32,000 bases of DNA, taken from NCBI RefSeq assembly GCF_000039765.1, contig NC_004460.2:1410001-1442000 (forward strand), written 5' to 3'. The notes beneath the pieces were generated by a model that was not told the origin of the DNA, did no database searches, and saw nothing but the letters and a program-made list of their open reading frames with translations. Origin of the DNA: Vibrio vulnificus CMCP6. GTDB taxonomy: Bacteria > Pseudomonadota > Gammaproteobacteria > Enterobacterales > Vibrionaceae. Positions 17,460 through 23,846 of this stretch are shown here, piece after piece (the first letter of the stretch is position 1; each line of letters opens with the position of its first letter). The translations under genes and the position numbers were made by a program.

Positions 17460-19307
17460 ATGAATCTGATGAAAAACATCATCAAGTCCGCGTTACTGCT
17501 CGGTTTTTCTAGCTTGTTGGTCGCGTGCGGAAGTGACAGCAAAACAGAAGCAGACAGTAATACCGGAACGCCAAATGAAGTCGTGCTTGCGCCTCAGCCA
17601 GCGCCAGAGGGCAACTACCCAACTGCGCGCAATGGCGAGCCGTTGCTGGGTAATGCCAATTATCCCGCCATTTCTTATGGCGCATTTCGCACCACCGAGC
17701 GTACCGAAGCCAATGTGCCTTCGGTCGCGGAACTGAAAGAAGATCTTCGCTTAATGGAAGCGATGGGCATCAAAGTGCTGCGCACCTACAACACCCAAGG
17801 GTTCAGCGATACGGCGAATCTGTTGATCGCCATTGATGAACTGATGGCGGAAGATGAAAACTTTGAAATGTACGTGATGCTGGGCATTTGGATTGATGCG
17901 CTGAACTCATGGACAAGCAACCCAATCGACCCGACACAAAACAACCCAGCTAACTACGCCGAAGTGGCGAAAGCGATTGAGATGGTCAATGCCTACCCTG
18001 AGATCATCAAAGTGCTGGCGGTGGGGAATGAGGCGATGGTGCATTGGGCACCTTACCACGTGACGCCAACCATCATTCTTGAGCATGTCAACACGCTGCG
18101 CGAGAAACGCGATAACGGTGAGATCCCTGCGAACGTTTGGATCACCAGTTCTGACAACTTCGCTTCTTGGGCTGGGCAAGGTGACTACAACCATCCGGAT
18201 CTCGCTAAGTTGGTGGAAGCGGTTGACTACATTTCACTCCACTCTTACCCGTTCCACGACACTCACTATGCGAATGCGTTTTGGTTGGTGCCAGAAGAAG
18301 AGCAAAGTCTGAACACGATTGAAAAAGTCGATGCGGCGATGCTGCGTGCCAAACAACATCTGCTTTCTCAGGTGAAACTGGTGCAAGACTACCTGGCGGG
18401 CCTTGGCGTGAACAAGCAGATCCACATCGGTGAAACCGGCTGGGCGTCAGAAACCAACGTTATGTATGGAGATGAAGGCTCGAAAGCGGCGGACGAATAC
18501 AAGCAAAAAGCGTTTTTCGATTTGATGCGTGCTTGGTCGCAAGAGTTTGGCGCGTCACTGTTCTTCTTCCAAGCCTTTGATGAGCCATGGAAAGGCGCGG
18601 CGGATAATCCGGGGGATTCTGAGAAACACTTTGGCCTGATTGACATCAACGGCAATGCCAAATACGTGATTTGGGATCTGGTTGACGCAGGCGCGTTCGA
18701 CGGCATCACTCGCGCGGGCTTGAACATTGTGAAAAGCCACGGTGGTGTGGAACAAAACGTATTGGACAGCGTGCTTGCGCCCAATGCCAAACCTGTGGTT
18801 GATCAACCGTCTGACGCCGATCAATTCATTGTGCTCGACAGCGCCTTGCTGACTGGCGGCGAAGCGATTGCATGGGAAGGCACGGCGTACCTCGCCGCAG
18901 AGGCCGGAGTGCTGAAGCTTACCACGCCACCAACGGCGGGTACCGCAAAAGACTGGGGTTGGGGAGCTGGCGTTGTGCTGGCGGGTCAAGCCGGTGCGAA
19001 CCTGACGGGCTTTGAAAATGGCAGCCTATCGTTTGAGATCAAAGGCACCACAGGTTCGGTGCTCAACATCGGTTTTCAAACGGGTTTATGGGGTAACAAC
19101 GATCGCCCGCAAACCAATAACTTTGTGGTGTTTGGTCCAACAGGCCGTGCCATTAGTACCGAATGGACAGCTTACACCGTCCCAATGAGCGAGCTGGTCA
19201 AAGGCAACCCCGATTTTAGCGACGTTACTTCGCTGATCTACTTCAGTGGCACTGCCGACATTGATGGCGGCGTTGTGGAAGTGCGCAATGTGGTCTTCAA
19301 CAAATAA
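17460..19307 (+). CDS. GH17 beta-1,3-glucanase/transglycosylase lipoprotein with a C-terminal beta-sandwich (CBM-like) domain
   Basis: Lipobox 'LLVAC|GS'. GH17 hallmarks are present: 'LAVGNEAMV' (acid/base), 'IGETGWAS' (nucleophile region), 'FQAFDEPWKG' and 'EKHFGLIDINGNAKY'. Confidence 0.85.
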   Translation: MNLMKNIIKSALLLGFSSLLVACGSDSKTEADSNTGTPNEVVLAPQPAPEGNYPTARNGEPLLGNANYPAISYGAFRTTERTEANVPSVAELKEDLRLMEAMGIKVLRTYNTQGFSDTANLLIAIDELMAEDENFEMYVMLGIWIDALNSWTSNPIDPTQNNPANYAEVAKAIEMVNAYPEIIKVLAVGNEAMVHWAPYHVTPTIILEHVNTLREKRDNGEIPANVWITSSDNFASWAGQGDYNHPDLAKLVEAVDYISLHSYPFHDTHYANAFWLVPEEEQSLNTIEKVDAAMLRAKQHLLSQVKLVQDYLAGLGVNKQIHIGETGWASETNVMYGDEGSKAADEYKQKAFFDLMRAWSQEFGASLFFFQAFDEPWKGAADNPGDSEKHFGLIDINGNAKYVIWDLVDAGAFDGITRAGLNIVKSHGGVEQNVLDSVLAPNAKPVVDQPSDADQFIVLDSALLTGGEAIAWEGTAYLAAEAGVLKLTTPPTAGTAKDWGWGAGVVLAGQAGANLTGFENGSLSFEIKGTTGSVLNIGFQTGLWGNNDRPQTNNFVVFGPTGRAISTEWTAYTVPMSELVKGNPDFSDVTSLIYFSGTADIDGGVVEVRNVVFNK

Positions 19308-19411
19308 TCGTTGATCCGCGACGAAGGGCTATGCCAGTGGCATAGCCTGTTTGCCGTTCAGCGGATCCAACACCGACAATGCAGTCACGGGGCATCCCGT
19401 GCGGAGGAATC

Positions 19412-21013
19412 ATGACATCGAACAATCGTAATCGAATTAACCAGCTTGCTTTGGCCGTTTCTCTTGGCCTTTTAGTGGGCTGCAGCCAAACCGGCGACAG
19501 CGCATCCGCAACTGATCTTGTCCAAACCAAAAAGCCTGTGATGCTACAGGATCAACCTACGCCGCCAAGCGATCAGTGGCAATTGGTGTGGGTCGATGAG
19601 TTTGACGGCGACAAAATCAACAAGCGCAACTGGAGTTTAGAAGAGAACTGCTGGGGCGGCGGCAACAACGAGCAGCAGTGCTACACCAAACGTGCGCGTA
19701 ATGCCTTTGTGCAAGATGGCTATTTGCATATCGTCGCGCACAAAGAGAGCTACAGCGGCCCAGACAATCCAGAGGGTAAAGTCGGCGCTGGTGCCAACAA
19801 AACCTTGCCATTTACCTCCGCGCGTTTGCGCACCAAAGGCAAACGCGACCACAAATATGGCCGTTTTGAAATTCGCGCCAAACTGCCATCAGGGCAGGGA
19901 ACGTGGCCAGCGATTTGGATGCTGCCGACCGACAACAAATACGGCACTTGGGCGGCCTCTGGTGAAATCGATATCATGGAAGCGGTTAACCTGAAAGCGC
20001 AATCCGATGCGCCAGGAGCACAAGCGGGTGATGGTGAAAATCGCATTTACGGCAGCCTGCATTATGGCAAAGCATGGCCAGATAATGTCTACAGTGGGCA
20101 AGGCGCGTCACTGCCGAACAACATCAACCCTGCTGATGACTTCCATACCTACGCGATTGAGTGGGAAGAAGGGGAAATTCGTTGGTACGTCGACAACATT
20201 CACTACGCGACACAAACGCAAGATGAGTGGTACAGCCAATACAAAGTCGATGGAGCTCTGGTCAACGCCAAAGGCGCAGCACCGTTTGATGAACGTTTCC
20301 ATTTGCTGCTCAACCTTGCCGTAGGCGGCTCTTGGTCGGCCAATGCCAACCAAAAAGGGATTGACAAGTCGGACTTCCCGAAAACCATGCTGGTGGATTA
20401 TGTCAAAGTATATCGCTGCTCGGCGGATCGCTGGAAAGGCAAAGGCTGCGCGACCATCGGTGAGCAAGCGGTGAAGGTCAAAGGGCATCAAGCTCCGGCG
20501 ATTTTGGCGCAGGATGACCGCTACGCCGATGGGCCAAACCTAGATATTTTCTCCGAAAGCCTCAACAGCAACTTGGCGTACGGCAGTTACGATCCGATGG
20601 ACATTGTTTCGCACCAAGAAGTGGCCGATGGTGATCACGGCCAAGTGCTGAAAATCACCAAGCAAAATGGCGCGGGCAACCTCTATTTCCGCTCACCCAC
20701 GACTGACGTGAGCCATTGGTTAGAGAGTGGCGAGTTGATCTTTGATATCAAAGTGGAGTCGATGACCGACGGCAGTGAGTTGATGGTGAAGATCGACAGT
20801 GGCTGGCCAAAAACCAGTGACATGACGGTGGCACTACCTCCGATTGGTCAGTGGGGGGAAGTGCGCATCAAACTGGCGGATCTCTTAGCGCAGTCCAACC
20901 GCTTTGTTGCAGGTAACCAAGCCGATCCTAAAATGATCAACAACTTACTGGTGTTTGAACCGACTGCCGCAATGACATTCAGTTTGGATAATATTCGTTT
21001 CGAAAAACGCTAA
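19412..21013 (+). CDS. GH16 endo-beta-1,3-glucanase (laminarinase) lipoprotein with a C-terminal CBM-like domain
   Basis: GH16 catalytic motif 'GEIDIMEAV' and typical laminarinase blocks ('WVDEFDG', 'FTSARL', 'GTWPAIWMLP', 'LNLAVGGSW'). ATG 19412 has a GGAGGA Shine-Dalgarno and gives the lipoprotein signal 'MTSNNRNRINQLALAVSLGLLVGC|SQ'. Confidence 0.92.
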   Translation: MTSNNRNRINQLALAVSLGLLVGCSQTGDSASATDLVQTKKPVMLQDQPTPPSDQWQLVWVDEFDGDKINKRNWSLEENCWGGGNNEQQCYTKRARNAFVQDGYLHIVAHKESYSGPDNPEGKVGAGANKTLPFTSARLRTKGKRDHKYGRFEIRAKLPSGQGTWPAIWMLPTDNKYGTWAASGEIDIMEAVNLKAQSDAPGAQAGDGENRIYGSLHYGKAWPDNVYSGQGASLPNNINPADDFHTYAIEWEEGEIRWYVDNIHYATQTQDEWYSQYKVDGALVNAKGAAPFDERFHLLLNLAVGGSWSANANQKGIDKSDFPKTMLVDYVKVYRCSADRWKGKGCATIGEQAVKVKGHQAPAILAQDDRYADGPNLDIFSESLNSNLAYGSYDPMDIVSHQEVADGDHGQVLKITKQNGAGNLYFRSPTTDVSHWLESGELIFDIKVESMTDGSELMVKIDSGWPKTSDMTVALPPIGQWGEVRIKLADLLAQSNRFVAGNQADPKMINNLLVFEPTAAMTFSLDNIRFEKR

Positions 21014-21026
21014 CTGACACAGAGTG

Positions 21027-21066
21027 GCCCAAGCTCGTGGTGAAAATCACGGGCTTTTTGTTTTTT
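21027..21066 (+). terminator. Probable rho-independent terminator after the GH16 gene
   Basis: Imperfect (bulged) stem GCCC..CGTG / CACGGGC followed by TTTTTGTTTTTT. Confidence 0.55.
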
Positions 21067-21169
21067 AGGGCATTTTTAAGGCACTTTTCGTTTTTTAAGG
21101 CACAAAACGGCTTAAAAGTGTTTCTTTCATTCATTGATAAGCGAAATATCAATTTGTGATGAATGTCCG

Positions 21170-21183
21170 AGAAAGCGCTTTCT
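21170..21183. promoter_or_regulatory. LacI-type operator copy G (distal, porin promoter)
   Basis: Perfect 14-bp core AGAAAGCGCTTTCT. TGTGAT (21155-21160) lies just upstream. Confidence 0.65.
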
Positions 21184-21343
21184 TTGATGAGGATGATCAC
21201 GGTTTTATCTTAGAAGATCCTTTTATACTTCTCTTGCACTGAACAAGGCGGTTGAGGCTCTTAATTTATTAGCTTCATTGCATAGTTGAACGTGAATTCC
21301 TGATTTGCGTTCGTCATCGATGTTCAGTTTTTTTATAAAGAAT

Positions 21344-21361
21344 AAAGAAAGCGCTTTCTTT
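21344..21361. promoter_or_regulatory. LacI-type operator copy H (proximal, porin promoter)
   Basis: Perfect 18-bp palindrome AAAGAAAGCGCTTTCTTT. The core ends 32 nt before ATG 21392 and lies immediately downstream of a TATAAA -10-like hexamer. Confidence 0.7.
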
Positions 21362-21391
21362 TAAGGGCTAATGATGGAACATGGAGTTAAT

Positions 21392-22675
21392 ATGAAACTT
21401 TCTAAGCTTACCCTCGCTTGTCTAGTTGCGACTGCGGGCCTATCCGCTGCACCTGTTGTTCATGCTGAAAAATCAGATGGTTTTGAGTTCCACGGTTACT
21501 TCCGTGCGGGCGCACTGTACAGCAAGAATGACGATTTCAAACGTTCAAAATTCCCAGCATCTAAAGAGCGTCTAGGCCGCTTGGGTATTGAATCGGACAA
21601 CCATTTTGAGCTTGCGCTACAGAAAAACTTTGAAAACGATGACGGCCAAAAAATTCGCATCAAAACGCGTGTAGGTGCCGATAACGCACAGTCAGCTGGC
21701 AACAACCAACTTGGCACCAACGCAGATGCGGCGAACAGCAGCATCGGTATGGTAGAAACCTTTGTTGAGTTTGATGGCGTGACTGAAACTGGCACGCTTT
21801 GGGGCGGTACGCGCTTCTACGGCAAAGACAACTATATCTTCATGACCGACTTCTTCTACACCGACATGTCGGGTACCGGTGTGGGTATCGAAGGCGTTCA
21901 ACTGGGTGATTACAAGTGGGATTTCGCGTATGTCGCCAGTGATAACGCAGAAGATTCATTCTGGGCAACCAACTCGAACAACCCAATGCACGCGGTGCAC
22001 GTAGGCGTTGATTTTGATGGTGTTGAACTGCACGCCATGGGTAAATATCTACCAGACAACTTTGTCGATGGTACAGAATACGCCAGCAATGGTGTCGAGA
22101 TGACCGCGATTGTTCACTCAGACAAAGTGTTTGGTCTATCAGACAAAGGCTTTACCAAGTACATCGCTCAGGCAGGTAAAGGTCTTGGCTCTGGTCAGCT
22201 ACTTGGCGGTACGCTCACCACTTACAACGCATGGAAACCGGGCAATGGCGCATTGGAAGGCCCTTCCAAAATGAAGAAAGTGGAAAGCGGTGATGTCTCT
22301 GCGCGTGCATTGGTATGGGGTGGCTACTTCTTTGAAAACGGCGTCAGCATCTTCCACTCTATCCAAGGTCAATACAACGATCTCGATAACGGCGGCAAAG
22401 ATAGCTGGGCATCGGCGATGATTCGTCCATCATTCCCAGTGGCGCAAAACTTCTTCATCGCGACAGAAGCTGGCTTCCAGTACAACAAATGGGAAGATGC
22501 AAACGGTGTGGGTGACGATGCCACTAACTACAAACTGACGGTTGCACCAACCATCATCGTTCCAACGGGTTTTGGCCCAGCACCTGAAATTCGTTTCCTT
22601 GCCACATACCTAGACGGATCAATGCGTGACAAAGCGGACATCCTTGTGGGTATCCAAGCAGACATGTGGTGGTAA
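21392..22675 (+). CDS. LamB (maltoporin)-family carbohydrate porin, predicted gluco-oligosaccharide channel
   Basis: Signal peptide 'MKLSKLTLACLVATAGLSAAPVVHA|EK'. 'FEFHGYFRAG' matches the maltoporin N-terminal motif and the protein ends '...GIQADMWW' like LamB. ATG 21392 (GGAG Shine-Dalgarno) is preferred over 21371. Confidence 0.85.
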   Translation: MKLSKLTLACLVATAGLSAAPVVHAEKSDGFEFHGYFRAGALYSKNDDFKRSKFPASKERLGRLGIESDNHFELALQKNFENDDGQKIRIKTRVGADNAQSAGNNQLGTNADAANSSIGMVETFVEFDGVTETGTLWGGTRFYGKDNYIFMTDFFYTDMSGTGVGIEGVQLGDYKWDFAYVASDNAEDSFWATNSNNPMHAVHVGVDFDGVELHAMGKYLPDNFVDGTEYASNGVEMTAIVHSDKVFGLSDKGFTKYIAQAGKGLGSGQLLGGTLTTYNAWKPGNGALEGPSKMKKVESGDVSARALVWGGYFFENGVSIFHSIQGQYNDLDNGGKDSWASAMIRPSFPVAQNFFIATEAGFQYNKWEDANGVGDDATNYKLTVAPTIIVPTGFGPAPEIRFLATYLDGSMRDKADILVGIQADMWW

Positions 22676-22685
22676 GCCACCTGTA

Positions 22686-22741
22686 GGGTAATGGGAGAGA
22701 TTACCCAGTAGGGAGTGGCACTTTAGGGGACCGCCACTCCC
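22686..22741 (+). other. Two stem-loops in the porin 3' region
   Basis: GGGTAAT/ATTACCC (22686-22706) and GGGAGTGGC/GCCACTCCC (22711-22741). Neither has a proper T-run. Confidence 0.5.
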
Positions 22742-22819
22742 AGTTTGGCAACAGGCAAGTCGAGCAATACGGGGGAACTTGTTTTTGTTGCATGAATGCA
22801 TGCCACTGCCATTCATTAC

Positions 22820-22843
22820 GCCGCTGACAACAGCGGCTTTTTT
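22820..22843 (+). terminator. Rho-independent terminator of the porin gene
   Basis: GCCGCTG-acaa-CAGCGGC followed by TTTTTT. It abuts the stop of the convergent AraC gene. Confidence 0.75.
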
Positions 22844-23712
22844 CATTTTGGCTGCCGAGCGTATTGGCGAGGGCTTAGGCCAAACTTCTGCTTAAAGCAC
22901 TTGGAAAAATAGTTGCTATCACTAAATCCACACTGCTCTGCTACGTGTTGAATCGACATACCAGCTTCGTTATTCAAGAGATCGCGCCCGTAATTGAGCT
23001 GCATTTCACGCAAATACAAGTTGGGAGAGGTGTTGAGAAACTGCTTAAACAGCCGCTCCAATTGGCGTTGGCTGACAAACGCTGCTTGAGCGACATCCCC
23101 ACTGTGGATCTCGCCGTCGGCAAAATGCTGCTCAATAAAAATCAGTGCGCGGCTGAGCGCCAGCGTGGTGTTGGGCAGATCGTGCGTTTGCTGCTGATAC
23201 ATGCGCGCAAGGGTGATGACCAATTGCTGCATCAAACTGGTGAGCATGGTTTCAAAGCCGCTTTCCCCTTGTTGGTATTCGTGGCGAATCGCTTCAATCA
23301 ACTGCGTGATCAATGGTTGTTGCTCGTCATTGAGGGTGAGCTTGGCGCGGTATTCGCCGGTTTGGCGGGCAATTGGCTCAACCTTAAACATCGCCTGATA
23401 ACCGGAGAGTTTTCTCAATGAGGGTATTTCGAAAAATGGCGTACCCGCTTCAAACATCAAATTAATGATTTCCAGCCGATCGACATCCTGAAAGGCGTGC
23501 TCAATATCGCCGTTGATCACAAACACATCCCCAGCAGTGAGTGGATAGACATGAGAAGCAACAAGGTGGTTGCCTTTGCCACTCACCACCAAAAACAGCT
23601 CAGAAAAATCGTGTTTATGCAGGCCAAAATCGCTGTGGTGGTGGCCATCAACGTAAGCAAATTTGAAGTGGGGATAGCGAAGATGATGTTGCAACTGATA
23701 GGTGATGCTCAT
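22843..23712 (-). CDS. AraC/XylS-family transcriptional regulator with an N-terminal cupin sensor domain
   Basis: C-terminal double HTH ('VAQAAFVSQRQLERLFKQ', 'IQHVAEQCGFSDSNYFSKCFKQKFGLSPRQYA') and an N-terminal cupin-like 'HKHDFSELFLVVSGKGNH'. Divergent from the GH3 gene. Confidence 0.9.
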   Translation of the reverse strand: MSITYQLQHHLRYPHFKFAYVDGHHHSDFGLHKHDFSELFLVVSGKGNHLVASHVYPLTAGDVFVINGDIEHAFQDVDRLEIINLMFEAGTPFFEIPSLRKLSGYQAMFKVEPIARQTGEYRAKLTLNDEQQPLITQLIEAIRHEYQQGESGFETMLTSLMQQLVITLARMYQQQTHDLPNTTLALSRALIFIEQHFADGEIHSGDVAQAAFVSQRQLERLFKQFLNTSPNLYLREMQLNYGRDLLNNEAGMSIQHVAEQCGFSDSNYFSKCFKQKFGLSPRQYARQPK

Positions 23713-23846
23713 GTCGCTATTTTCCTTTTATTGGTCGGTATATTGGTAGAATTGCGCACTTGGCAAGCTTACACTGAAGCTAAATCAATGAGAATGCCGC
23801 AGGCAAAAATAAGGCCAAGATAAGGCAAGAAGAGGGCGATAAAGCG

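Noticed and set aside
19379-19411. N-terminal extension of the GH16 ORF (and likewise 21371-21391 for the porin)
   Set aside because: The downstream ATGs (19412 and 21392) have good Shine-Dalgarno sequences and yield canonical lipoprotein and Sec signal peptides. The extensions would bury those signals.
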